Position numbers and translations under genes: made by a program. A stretch of 64,000 bases of DNA, taken from Lytechinus pictus (Eukaryota). The stretch is from the NCBI RefSeq assembly GCF_037042905.1, contig NC_087251.1, positions 20,586,001 through 20,650,000 of the forward strand, in the 5' to 3' direction. The notes under the pieces are model-generated. The model was not told the DNA's origin and searched no databases. It was given only the letters and a program-made list of their open reading frames with translations. Shown here one piece after another: positions 26,231 through 40,047 of this stretch. Each line of letters starts with the position of its first letter. Position 1 is the first letter of the stretch.

Positions 26231-26440
26231 GGGGTGTTTCACAAAGATTTATGTATGACTTAAGTCGCACTTAAATCCCGACGCGTACATGATATGCAAC
26301 ACGCGATCTTATTGATAGATACGCAGTAGTGCCCGTCCTCATGACACGATCTGACCAACGCGGTCAAGCCTTTTATACCGCATGCAACTAGGCATTTAAG
26401 TGCGAATCTAAGTCATACTTAAATCTTAGTGAAACACCCC
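26231..26440. mobile_element. Harbinger-like palindromic MITE
   Basis: GGGGTGTTTCACAAAGATTTA...TAAATCTTAGTGAAACACCCC flanked by CTG/CAG. Confidence 0.75.
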
Positions 26441-27523
26441 CAGGCCCTATGTCATTAGTTAAGGTCCTTAGCTGGTGATGTTCAGTGTTTTAAGTGACTG
26501 TCATATTGCCTCCAGTAGAGATAAGATGTGCATTGACTAACTCTAAATTAATATGTCTGTAATTAGAAAAGAAACTGCATTTTTATTCGTTTGTTTATAA
26601 AGTGAAGCAAAGGCAAAAATAGTAATGTCGTTTCTGCACTGTTTTTTCGTAATTTTTTTCCTGTAAAATTAAAGGAGTCAACCTTGCCATGGACCTGTAG
26701 TATAAGACAAAAGCAGTTTTAGAATTTATTGAATGGGTTACTATATACTGCAAAAAAGGGGAGAAGAAAGATATGAAAAAGAAGTTATTCCTTATGGGGG
26801 ATTTTACTCTTTCTATATTGCATTTAATTATCAAAATAATCCCCCCAAAAAATCAAACTTGAATTTATTACTTGAAGATAGTGCTAGATCTATTCTAGTC
26901 ATTAACAAGTTCCCTATATATTGTGGTGATGGGAATTAGGGAATCATTTTGCCAAATGGCTAGTGCAATGTTACTCAGAGCTTGATGTATGAAATTTGAA
27001 AACGGGCTAATCCAATATGGGGGGGTTCATTGTATTTGTGAATGATAGAAATTCTCGTACATGTAATGGTGACAGATTTTCTCAAATATTTGCTTGTTTC
27101 CTTATTAGTCATAAATAAGTTGAATTGAGATAACATGCAGCAATATAGGAAGTCTTTATGTATCATCAAACATTGTGAATATTTGTCAACTTGTTAAAAA
27201 AAACATGAATTGTATACTGCATGTAGAATTATTTTGTGCTAGCAATTTTTTTTATTATTACTATTGTTAGTATTCATAGAGAATTTTGCACAAATTTCCT
27301 GCTTTGTGTCATGCATGGAACATGTATTCCATTTGTGATTATTGTTCAATGTTGCAAACCTATATTAGAATAAATAAATATAGTTATTAATTTGTAATTT
27401 CTTGTCTGATTTTTTTTCTTGTCAATTTTAGTTTTCTGTCTTGCCGTTACGGATAATATAGGCATATTTGAAGGATATGTATGTTTAACTACCAAACATG
27501 AATGTACATTATTAATACCGTAG

Positions 27524-28362
27524 TTTTTGTCTCGCCTGCATAGCAGAGCGAGACTATAGGCGCCGCTTTTCCGACGGCGGCGGCGGCGGCGTCAACATCA
27601 AATCTTAACCTAAGGTTAAGTTTTTGAAATGACATCATAACTTAGAAAGTATATGGACCTAGTTCATGAAACTTGGACATAAGGTTAATCAAGTATTACT
27701 AAATATCCTGCCTGAGTTTCAGGTCACATGACCAAGGTCAAAGGTCATTTAGGGTCAATGAACTTAGACCATGTTGGAAAAATTATTTTCAAAATCTTAA
27801 CCGAAGGATAAGTTTTTGAAATGACATCATAACTTAGAAAGTATACGGACCTAGTTCATGAAACTCGGGCATAAGGTTAATCAAGTACCACTGAATATCC
27901 TGTGCGAGTTTCAGGTCACATGACCATGGTCAATGGTCATTTAAGGTCAATGAACTTTGGCCGTGTTGGGGGTATATGTTAAATTACCATCCTAGCTCTG
28001 AAAGTTTATGGATCTAGTTCATAAAACTTGGACATAAGAGTAATCAAGCATCACTGAACATCCCCTGTGAGTTTCAGGTCACAAAACCAAGTCAAAGGTC
28101 AATAAACTTAGGCCATGTTGGGGTAATTGTTGAAGTGCCATCATAACTTTGAAAGTTTATGGAGAGAGTGAATGAAATGTGGACATGGGTGTAGTTGACA
28201 GTCTCCGTTCAAATGTCATTTATGGTAAATGAACGTGGTATTATGTCAGTATATGAATGATGTTTTTGTGAATGATTATTTTATAGTAGTTTTCAAAGTT
28301 AGCACTGCTGCTATATTAAATTGCGTAATGCAGGCGAGACTGCCAGAGGCGTTCCACTTGTT
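27524..28362. mobile_element. Helentron/HINE-like element with ~190-bp internal tandem repeats
   Basis: T-run, GTCTCGCCTGCA subterminal IR with hairpin 27529-27554, (GGC)n microsatellite, repeated AAGGTCAAAGGTCA-containing units, TGCAGGCGAGAC at 28329-28340, CTTGTT end. Confidence 0.75.
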
Positions 28363-29977
28363 CCTGTTCTTATTGACATTTGGTATAGTGGTGTACAAAA
28401 TGAATGTTTTTAACCAGTGGTATAGTCACATTTTGGCTTAGTTTTTTTTTCCTGTCAATCTCCAAAAAATCAAATAACTTTGATAAACATGATTTGTCTC
28501 TCAAACGGTGCTTTGTTATTATTTTGTTATCAAATATAATGTTAGGAGGATCTTTGGATGATGTCTGATATGAGCTCTTTTCACCTTGGTCTACTAATAT
28601 CTCAAATTTATCCTGTACATTATTTGATTGACAGGTTATAAAGTATTTATGAAAAAAAAACATTGTATCACCAAGAAATATATTTATGTAGACGATATTG
28701 TATAAGTAGGCAGGAAACTATTTTATTTGATGTAAATTGGCAGGAATTAATCTATATTTCACAAATTTAGGTAAGATTTTCAGCTCCCATAATCTTGTTT
28801 GGACGGGGTTTGCCTTGACAAAAACGGTTTACAGTGAGCATGACGACCCTCCCCCCCCCCCCCCGAAAAAAGATAATCAATGCCCCCAAACGGCCATTTT
28901 CTTAATTTTAATTTAATTTGCTCAGGGATTACCCTGCCCTTCATTTGTTGGGCTCATCAAATATTGGTCCCCATAGCACCAGGGAGCGGACTTATGATGG
29001 TCGCCCCTGTCCCAATTTAAAAAAAAGGATGGAAAAGAAGAAAAGAAAGAAGGGCCTGGTGCAGGTGAAATACGGGAAGAAAAGGGAGAAGATAAAAGAG
29101 ATGGAAAATATAGTTGTCATAAAGCAATAATTTTAAAGAGGGAGAAAAAAGTTTTTCTCGCAGTAGCACAGGTAGCATTAGATTATGATTATAGACTTGT
29201 ATTTTTTTAATAGTTTTCCGCACACGGGCTCGCCATAATCGAATTAAAAGCATCTTTGTGAAACGTTGTAACGACATCCTTTTAATGAAATTCAGATATG
29301 CTTGTACCGAGTACTCTGTATCTATAGAAAAAAGGCCCCGAAATCTCAGCCCTCCTGTCACAAATTTAACTTCTAGAATATTACAATTAACCCTCTCCCC
29401 CCATACTTCACTTGTTTTTAGTTGCACCTAACTGGTGAAAATGCAGTGCCTCCCAGAAAATTATCCTTGTTCTCTAGATGCATAAGTGCTATTCCTCCAA
29501 TCACACTACTTTTGGAGTGAAACGATCTCACTCCCTTTTGGATTTAAATTTGCATCTTTTGAAGACGTATTGTACCTCTTATGGATTAAAAATGGACATC
29601 TTTAAGTACTTGCAGTTTACTCCAGGAAGGATTGGTCCCTAATATATGGGAATGTGATTAGTGATCAGATAAGCTCTTTTGCATTTATTAACCTTATCTC
29701 AAACATACAAACAATCTTCTTTCATGGTGTATCTCACATGATACTTCACGAATAAGTGAGTAAAACAATCTGCAGAAAGGATACCAAAAAAAATGAATAA
29801 ATTAATTAATCAATTAATTAATCAATAAATGAATAAAATCATCTGAACATTATTAAGAAGTTTTAAAACTCTGACAAGTGGTGGCGAGGTTACGGTTCAT
29901 TCAATAATCGCTTTTCGACTAAATGCACTTTTTAGGAATTTGGGTAAAAACGATTGTAAAACAGTGATTCTCATAAG

Positions 29978-32245
29978 CATGGGCGGAAATCCCAGGGGGG
30001 ACGTGTCCCCCCTACCAAAAATAGTAGGGGGGACACAATATCAAATGTCCCCCCTACTATTTTTGGTCTTTTATGATGGAGAAAAATGCATCATTCACAT
30101 TCAAAATAATACATGTATTTTGGACTAAATGACCTTGCATTTTGGGTGAAAACCTTTGTTGATTTTTTTGCTTGTCAAGTTTTCCAGAGTGAATAAAATA
30201 AGATGAGGGGAAAACTTGGAAAATAAAAAGAATCTTTCATGTCACTATATAAAATTTTCGCTCGCGCTTCGCGCTCGCATTGCATGTTAGCCGATCTTTC
30301 AATATGGAGCTTAAATATCATGTTTGGAAGACAATATACATTATACATTTCGCCTCGGAAATCGAACTTTCATCATTTTTTGTGATTTACAAACGGATTT
30401 TAAAAAAAGTGATCTGTAAAAGTTACAGCTTTATGGTCTAAATATTGACATTTTCTACTCGCACTGAGAGCTCGCAAAATTCGATTTATTCAGTACCTAT
30501 TATTTTTGTGTATTCCATTTAGTTTGAAAATATCCCTTTTCAAGTCTGATTGTCAAAACGTAGCAGATAGTGCTACTCGTATTTTGATTGGCGAGTTATG
30601 TATGTCTCAATATTGATTTTCATGACAGTTTATCAAAGATTTTGGCTCGCGATTTGCGCTCGCATTGATGGTTAAAAATATTTTAACTGATGCATTCTAT
30701 TCCTAATTACAAAAGTGCTTGAAATGTCCAGTTTTCAGGCCATAATATCATCAGATTTCTTGCCCGCATTATGCATTAATAAATAAGATATCAATTTAAT
30801 GATTAAATTGTCCCTTTTGTTTCATCTCGCGCTTAGTAAGAGGAATAGGAAGATAGTCATCATTTTCGTATGATTTGTCCTAAGGATGTCCCGGTCCTAT
30901 GTCAAAACTCAAATAATAATGAAAAATATCAGCTCTTTATTAAGTGTGATCCATATCCACCTCACAATTTTCCTAAAAAGTGCTTGAAATATATAGCTGA
31001 AATTGACTATTTTTTTCAGATCGGAATATCAAATAGTTTAAGCTCGCGCTTCGCGCTCGCTGATAGATGTGTAAAATGTCGAGATTCTAGGTCTAAATCT
31101 TAAACACGCTCATATTTATTCAGATATTCAATTTGTTCTCTATTTAAATTATTATCCAGTTTCAGATCACAATATCAAAAATTTTCTGCTCGCGCTTTGT
31201 GCTCGCATTATTAATGTTGAAAGATCCCCTATTACTCATCCTTTTCATGATTTACAAAACATGAGTGTCCCGTTTTTAGGTCTAAATCTCGAATTTTTCT
31301 GCTCACGCTTCGCTTACATCAATTGTTTAGTTATATAGCTACCCTGTTCACGATTACAAAAATTGATTAAAATTTTCGATTCTTTTTGAAAAAATGTCAA
31401 AAATTTTCAGCTCGCGATTCGCGCTAGCATTGATTATTGAAATATGTAACGTCTTCATGGCTAAGTGCAAGCAGTCCTTAACAAGTACCTTTTCGATCAA
31501 TTCAAATTAAACGTATATGAACATTTTCTGGCTGCGTTTTGCACTCGCTTTATTAATGTAAGGACCGGGTGTAAGAAAGACCCCCCATTACTCATCCTTT
31601 TCATGATTTACAAAACATGAATAGTGTCTTGTTCTTAGGTCTAAATCTCAAAACTTTCCGCTAGCGCTTCGCGTTCGCATCAATTGTTTAGTTATATACC
31701 TATTATATGTTTAAGTTACAAAAAGTGCTTAGAATTTCCAGTCTTTAGGTAAAAATTTCAAAATAATTTCAGCTCGCGCTTTGCGCTCGCATTATTTGAT
31801 TGTTGAAATATGTAACGTCTTCATGGCTAATTGCAAGCAGTCTTTAACAGGTACCTTTTCCATCAGTTAACCTCTGCTCGCACTTCGCGTTCGTAGTAAA
31901 TATTTAGTTGTATATACATCTTTTTCAGGATAACAAACATTGCCCAGAATGTTCAAATTTTAGGAAAAAAATACATAAATTTTCAACAAAAAAAATTGCT
32001 CGCGCTTCGCGCTCGCATTATATAAATAAGGACAATGATATCATATATTTATGTTGATTTATAAGAATAAAGCTAAAAAGTGACCATGAGGACTACTCCT
32101 TCAATGAAACAGACAAAAATTACCTTCGAGCGGCCGATCGGGGATTAACATACGGCTGAAAATGTTTTCGCCCCCCCCCCTATTGGCGAAGGCTGGATCA
32201 GCCCCTGTTGTCCCCCCTACCTTTCGGGACAGATTTCCGCCCATG
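29978..32245. mobile_element. Non-autonomous hAT-type element (2.27 kb) with an internal GCTCGCGCTTCGCGCTCGC-motif array
   Basis: CATGGGCGGAAATC...GATTTCCGCCCATG TIRs; 8-bp TSD CTCATAAG (29970-29977, 32246-32253). Confidence 0.88.
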
Positions 32246-33652
32246 CTCATAAGTGCACTAACCCCTGTAAATTGCACATTAAGCCATTTGAATAATACTA
32301 TCCGGAATACAACTGTTAAAAATTGTATTCTTGAACACATATTTTCATAAAAACAATAGACATAAATGGAAAAATATAAAATAAATAAGAAATTTACAGA
32401 ACAATAAATAACAAGAGAATTCATTTAAGTTTAGCATTCTTTGGTAAACAGTTATTGTTGGGAATGCTTTCCACCGATGTTTTGCAAATGATTTGACATC
32501 AAACCACCTAATTTGATAGAAATTATAAATGGAGATACATCTCACCTGCATAATGTGACATATATAGCGAAATACAAAATAATTTCGTAACCGGAAAAAA
32601 TATAGATATAGCGACGCCTTCTGCAAAATTTCGCGGCGATCGGACTTATCACTGCCAAGATCTATCTGGGGCCCGATCTGGAGGTCACTTGTTGGCAGCC
32701 CATCCCAGTAAAACCTTGGTCTGAAAAGACCCAGATAAAATTAGGCTTAATCGTGCCTTGACTTGATATAGTTTTAACCAACATAAATTATTATAATAAA
32801 TAACAATGATGATAATAATACCAATTTCAATTACATCGCCATAACGACAGAATACTAAAGTGGTTCGATAGATTAGTAGATCACGAGTCTGTCACTCGGA
32901 AAAAAAAAAGAACCATTCGGCTCAGGTCATAACTTCGGGAGTGATTTACGCGCAAGAATCCAGATATCGTAAGGGCGTTCCAGGGCGGAATCCCCCTCAA
33001 TCTATTTATCTGACAGAATTGTCCCCCTCGAATTTAAATGCTAAATATTGACTTTTAGAGACAAGGGACAAAATCTAGACCAATCTTCTCAATAGGTAAA
33101 ACGCTATATTTTGATGGTAAAATTGAAACAATTTTCAATTTACTTTCTCGCTTAAGATCAATTACCATGGACCTACTATTCTGGTATATCTCAAAACAGA
33201 TTAGAGATGACCTTCGTTGCCCCCCCCCCCCTCTTCCCCTTATAACATATTATAATCGCCACTATTGTTAGACACACACGTGATAGTAATTCTTAATTTC
33301 CAATAATCATTATCGGAATGTAATTAGCGAATGCGTTGTTATTGCAAAGTTTTGATATATCTCTCCTGTGGTATATAGCTCATTGATTAATTTGAATTAC
33401 CCATTTCAGTTTACCTTTATCAAAACTGTAATGATGCAGAATACATACAAGTCATTGTCTTATGTGACTGAATATTCCGCCTGTGCTAACAAATTGGGGC
33501 ACTGACAGATGGGGGAGGGTATTGGTGCCATGCCCCCTTCCAAGTTTCATCACCAAGAAAAGAAAAAGAGGAGACAAGGAAAGAAAAGAAACGGAAAAGG
33601 GATATTAGTTTTTCGTATTTTTTTTTTAGCTCATTACGCTTATTCTAACATA

Positions 33653-35541
33653 CAGTGGCGTAATTATGGGGGGCGCGTGCCCCCCCCCCCCCCCCCCATC
33701 GGCTGACACAAAAAAACGGGGGAAAGGAGAAAAAAGGGAAAAGAAAGAGAAACGTAGTGGGGAAGAAGAAATTATTGTATATTATATTATGTTATATTAT
33801 ATATATTATACTATATCATATTACATAAGAATTTTTTTTTACTTTATGAAACACAATTTGCTTAGGGCCTGTATAGGGTCTATGTCTTCATCATTCCTGG
33901 TGTTCGCATCGTCTGATCCTGTTGTACTAAAGCTCTTCACGAATTCCTAAAAACAATTCTTAAAATGACCCTTTTTCTGGTCTGAAAGTCCAAAATTTTC
34001 AGCTCGCACTTCGTGCTCGCATCATGGGCGGAAATCCCAGGGGGACGTGTCCCCCCTACTCAAAATAGTAGGGGGGGACACAATATCAAATGTCCCCCTA
34101 CTATTTTTGGTCTTTTATGATGGTTAGAAATACATCATTCAAAATCGAAATATAAAACATGTATTTTGGGATGATAACCTTTTTTTTTTTTTTCTTATCA
34201 AATTTATTTTCGTCGAATTGACCTTAAGTTTGGGGTGATAACCTTTTTTTTTGCCTGTCAAATTTTCCAGCCCCTCGTCCCCCTACCTTTTGGGAAAGAT
34301 TTCCGCCCCTGGCTCGCATCATGGTCAGTAAAATACGTATGGTCTGTTAGTGAATTCCTACAAACAAGCCTTAGAATGCCGTTCTTCAAGTCTGATTTTC
34401 AAAAAAAATTAGCTCGCGCTTCGCCCTCTCATTATTTTATTAGTGAGATACGTATCATGTTCATGACTACACAAAGTGCTTCGTGTGTTTAGAAGTAATT
34501 CTAACAAAATTAGCAAGCGCTTGGCGCTCGCATTATATGACTATTGTGAGATATGTATGCTTTTCATGAATTCCTAAAAATAGTTCTTAAAATGTCCCTG
34601 TTTATGGTTAATATATACAAAAAATCAGCTCGCGCTCGCACGTTTGTTTTGTGAGACGACCCTTTTAAGTCTGAATATCAAACATTTTCAGCTCGCGCTT
34701 CGCGTTCGCATTATTTTATCAGTGAGAAACATATCCGTTTAAAAGGACTGGGCTATTTGAGATGTATTGAGAACTGAGGGGCCATGATGCCCCCCTTCTG
34801 ATCTCGGCCACCGTTCGCGCGATCGCGCCAAAATTTGGCACGCACATTCTTTATCACATAAAATACAAGCCAGTAAAAAAAAATCTGAAACCAATAATTT
34901 CTTATTTATTATGAATAAAATATTCAAATTTATTCGTGAAAAACATTATTTGCAAATTTAGCACCCAATTTCACTTCATATTTTCTTTTTTTCCCAAGAT
35001 GTCATCTTTGTAATCTAATTCAACGGTTTCCACAAAGAAAAATTGCGAAAGCCAACGTTTTCCTTATGTATTTCTTTGTTTTTAGAATTTCTTATGTATT
35101 TCTTTTTGTTTTTCATCGTTTTCTTTAATGGAAATTATTACAGACCATTTAATAACTAAATTAAACCATAAAATAATTAAGCAGACTGATTATAATGAAA
35201 AATAATCACCCTATTATGAATTTCATCTCATAGACTTTGTACACAAAGTAAAAAAAATAACAAATTTTTGGCATGATATTGTCTCGTAAAAACGAGACGT
35301 CACGATGCTATACCCGTATATCGCGAATTTGGTCTCAAAGGTAAAATTCATGAAATTTTGCGGCGCTATCTTTTTGCGCTTCGGAAATATCGCGCGAAGC
35401 GTCGAGAGGGGGCATCATGCCCCCCTCCCCCTATTTTTAGGGTTAAAATGTCTTTATTAGGTCGGTATACCTGGCAATTCTGATTCAAAACTTTTGTTGG
35501 TGCCCCCCCCCCCCCATGCCGTGACCAACGGTACGCCACTG
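33653..35541. mobile_element. Non-autonomous hAT-type element (1.89 kb)
   Basis: CAGTGGCGTA...TACGCCACTG TIRs; 8-bp TSD CTAACATA. Confidence 0.85.
34023..34311. mobile_element. Short hAT MITE (same family as 29978-32245) nested in 33653-35541
   Basis: CATGGGCGGAAATC...GATTTCCGCCCCTG; 8-bp TSD GCTCGCAT. Confidence 0.85.
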
Positions 35542-38510
35542 CTAACATATTCGTCTGCTGTGCAAACCCTTCACTCGAGTTATAAGGGTCTGAATGTGGA
35601 GCCTAAAATGCCTTGTGTACTGAACGCCCTAATTGAAATAGCAAGTTTTATATATGCTAGTCTTTTTGTGGAGACCCACTTGTTGATCAAAAGTTTCAAT
35701 CATGGTGTGTGCCTACAGACTAACACAACGACTGTATCTTTTTGGCCTATACGGATGTATTCATGATAAGTTCAGTCATTCATCTTACTTTGCGGGAGAC
35801 ATTTCCACTATGGAACTTTCTGGGGTAGAAATTATTTCGATTGTCGATGCGCAATAGTTTTTTATGTGTGTATGTGTCTGGGGGTTTTATTTCATTGTCT
35901 ACAAAAGCACATGGAGAAGCTAGCTAAAATTAAAATATAACATTAATCACATTTTCACAGAAAAAATAGGCCGAGGGAGTCATCACCCATAATTAATGAG
36001 AATGAATTGAATTATGTTCATTGTATCTCATAACCCGACAGTATGGACACTGAATCAATAGCGCAATATTTTTTTCAATATCATGAGTATTATGACATGA
36101 ATTATGGCACAAATTTACAGAGAAACACCATTTATGCACAGAAAGTGTTCTTACACGCTCGTTAAGCATAAACAATTATAATGGAAAGCTAAAATTTGGT
36201 AATTTAAATGCCAGAGAATAGAGCCGTCTTTTGAAACTAGGGTGCGAAATATCATATTCCAAGCCACATCGATGGTTTATAATTTTTATAAACTTATATC
36301 AACTCTCTCTTTTAATAAATGACCTTTAATTTTCGTCTTGCTTGGGAAAATTGAGGAAAAACAACAACGTTAATTAGAAGCGTAATTTTCCCCATTATTT
36401 GTTATCAAATACTTCTCTGTTCCTTCACATTCAGTTTATCTCATTTAAGGTGACATTGATCACGTTATTGATCTCTGCATTCGGGCTCATAAGACATCAA
36501 AAGTTTCGGTTGTACCGAAGAAACAACATGGACATAGGCTGTCAATGTGTCTTACTAATATTCTAGCAATGCCCGTAATATTGAATCAATAATTTTGCGC
36601 TTCGCGCTCGGAATGTGTCCCTAAATTGGTTTGTGTGTACTTCACACCCCTTCCCCTCTTCAAAAAGATCTCCTTATGCCTTTAATGGATGAAAGTGCCA
36701 CACCGAAAGACAGTTCTTAATGAGGAAAAATCGTGATATCGCAAGGGCACCACATTGCAATTAGGTGATTACAATCCTGCATGACAACACAATAATCTGA
36801 TTAATGGAATTCTCAATTGTTATGGTTAGAGCATTACGTTGATTGAAAATATGTGTCGGAATATGATTGCGCTACAGCTAGTATTCAAAAATTTATTACT
36901 TATTATGACTCAAATTATGACATTTGAGGTAAAAGCTAATTTTCGGTATTGACTCATTTTTGATAGACGGATTCGCGAATAGAGGAATAAAAATCAGAGA
37001 TAAAAAAAAAAATTATGTAATTTCATCTTGATTTTCTTTTTCTTCAAGAAATCAATGAATAATTTGAATATATATCTGTATATTTTCTAGTTTTCATTTA
37101 TGTTTGTTACACTATCGTCCAAATTCAATCCCCACTCAAGTGGATATATGTCTATAATTCACCTGTTTCACTCTATAACATAAAAAATAAAACCAAACAT
37201 TCAATTGATCATGCTTTACCAAATCAAATTGACAGCAGGAGAAGGTCTATTAATTCATTGTGTCTGTATCATCGACTTTGGAGCCACAACAAGTATAACA
37301 TCATAGCACTGCTACTTCATCTAATTCAGTTATCAATTGAATTATGTTACCGCTTCGCAATCTTCGCAATTGACATTACTTATGGCAAATCATAACGTTT
37401 ATAGATACATTGACAAACAAACGAACTCCAGCATTTCTATGACCTTTTCTTCTTGGATACAATCAAAATATTTATCACAAGTTTGTTGCTTTTGTTTTTA
37501 CTGTTTTTATTGATTATAGGTTGAGAGCACTTTAAACCGTAGGAAACAATCACTTTCTGCCAAGCGGGGGAGGGGGCATCAAATTCCATGGATTTGCGTT
37601 TTCCTTTTCATGTTTGCTGCTTTTTTTAATCTGTTTATTGATTATACGTTTGACACGTACGTAAGATGTTGAAAACGATTACTTTCTTCCTCGTGAGCAG
37701 ACACAATTTATCAAATTTACGTACGTAAGATGTATAGACCAAGGTGAAGGGGGCACCAACCACAAAAATAACAGGAATTGTCTTCTCGGAATTGATCACT
37801 ACCGATTTGCACAATGCTTTAATAGATCTCCCGTGTGGGCAAAGCAGTTTCGGGGTTACTAGGGATACGGCCCCGCCAAACAACCGGAGGGGCTTTCAAT
37901 GCGAATAATATGACTTCGTCGATAATCCCGCCTCGGTAACAAAAGCGTGACCAGAGGGGTGGAAAAAAGAAGGCCCCCAATCAAGCCGATTTGAGCTTTC
38001 AGTACAATAGCTTGAGGAATTGTGAGGTAGTTGGTACTCACTGAGCTGCATAACACAAAAAACCCATAAAATCGATACAATACTTTGGGTAACTTTAATG
38101 ACGTACATATAACAGTCTTGGGTTTAGTAGAATAGTTCGTCAATCATATACCAGATGATCTGCCTTCTGAAAGGTATATACAAGGAAATAGACAGGAAGA
38201 AATATATATATGAATTCAGCTTTATTCTGCTTTTTTTTTCTTCAAGACGACAAGATTCAGGGTTGCAAATTTGAGATGAACACCTTTCTACCAGGACTTT
38301 GCTACGAATAGGTATATAGTTGTGATATATCATCACTGCAGTGAAACCGGTTGACCATATAGACAAGGACCTACATTCAATGCGGACATTCTTACTTCAT
38401 AAGAGTTCGTTCGGGGAATCTTCAAGTGAATTGAGGGGACCAAAATTAACTCCAAACAGAGTGGATATTTTTGTTTTCATATAACCACCAAGAGAACATA
38501 AACTGTCACA

Positions 38511-38701
38511 ATGGGTATCGTTTCAATTGCCAAAGGGCTTCTGGCCCGAGTTTTCTTTGCCGTGCATGGGATTCTAGCAACGTGGCGGGCTACAAGTGTA
38601 TACCAATCAAATATCTACTACGTTCTCCTGGCGCCTCTAATAGTTTTGCCTGTTGAGATGGGTATAACCTTTGGTTGTACTGAAAATGGAGAATGGAAAT
38701 G
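38511..38701 (+). CDS. TMEM26: TMEM26 family multipass membrane protein, coding exon 1 (join 38511-38701,46159-46324,47805-48449; ~333 aa)
   Basis: MGIVSIAKGLLARVFFAVHGILATWRAT...GEWKW resembles the TMEM26 N-terminus; TG|GTAAGT donor at 38702 (phase 2). Confidence 0.88.
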
Positions 38702-39414
38702 GTAAGTTGTAAGATAATAAGACAGTATGTGTGAATTGTAAATTTGATCGAACAGGAGAGTGTAATTAAAGTACAAGATGTAAGGTTTTCAGGGAAAATT
38801 AAGTAGTACCTAGGAGAAAAAACATGATAAGTAAAATTGCGCGGTATACCACCATGCAACTAAAAAAAGCGAAAACAACAACAACAGAAGATTAAATGGT
38901 CACAGAATATTCATGAAATAAAATGCTTGCCTGAAAAATATTGTCATATTTGGAAAAGTATATTAAGTGTTGGTACATACATGTATAGGCTTACATAATG
39001 ATATACAGCTTTTCAACGTGTCGAGTAGTTTCTTGTCTAGCAGGAGTGTAGCTAGTGTTTTTTTTTTACATGAAATTTATTTCTGACAATTGCAATTACC
39101 ATGAGTGTATAATAAGTCAAATAGGAACGATAGAATGTGTAGGTATGTATATGCGATGACTCTTGTATATCAATCATAAATTGTATCTTCAAATTAATGA
39201 GTATGTAAGGAAGTGATCTAATATTGCCCCTATCCTCCAATTGTTTATACCTGGAATGGATGCATTTGTAAATCCGCAGACCTTTCATAAGATAGAGGTC
39301 CAAAAATGATGGGTCATCGTTTGTTTTGATGATCGTTTTTATTCATGTACTTATTTTCCCTGAATACCAGTGAAAACGGCATTTAAAGGCCAAATCACAC
39401 ACAATGATGATGAA

Positions 39415-40047
39415 AGTTACCTTGACCTTGAAGTTACCTTGATGGCCACATCTCACTGTCTTCATGACGAGGGTGTACAGATGAGTGTGGCAGGGTTAAG
39501 GAGGCTCTTAGAGCACATTTAAAAACCCAATTTTGATAATTGTACTTTAAATTGCAGGAGTGTTGGTGCCTTAACTGTGGACTGTGGGAGTTTATTCCAT
39601 TGATTGACAACCCTTTGGCTAAAGAAGTGTTTCCTTATATCCAATCTAGATCGTTGCTTAGCAAATTTAAGAGAGTGTCCTTTTGTTCTGGCACACTCTA
39701 CTCTCTGGAAATAATTGTCCGGGTTTGATATGTCCATTTGTGTAATGATTCGGTATGTTTGAATGAGGTCTCCCCTTTCTCTCCTCCTTTCTAACGTAGT
39801 GAGGTTTAATCTGGCAAGCCTGTCTTCATAGGATAGATCATGGATATCAGGGATCATTTTCGTAGCTCTTGCTGGGACCTTCTCCAGTATTTGTTTGTCC
39901 TTTGCTTGGTATGGATTCCAAGTCTGCATTGCATAGTCCAAGTGTGGACGTACCAGCGATTTGTACAGTTTCAGGATTACTGTCTTGTCTGTTTTTAAAT
40001 GTAAAGTTGCGTTTGATCATCCCTAGTACCATATTGCCTCTCTTGGC
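39415..40047 (-). mobile_element. CR1-clade LINE 3' fragment (C-terminus of ORF2, frameshifted)
   Basis: ORF 39519..39941(-) ILEKVPARATKMIP..LSYEDRLARLNLTTLERRRERGDLIQTYRI..TKGHSLK..RKHFFSQRVVNQWNKLP; short TCAAGGT tandem tail at ~39415-39441. Confidence 0.88.
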
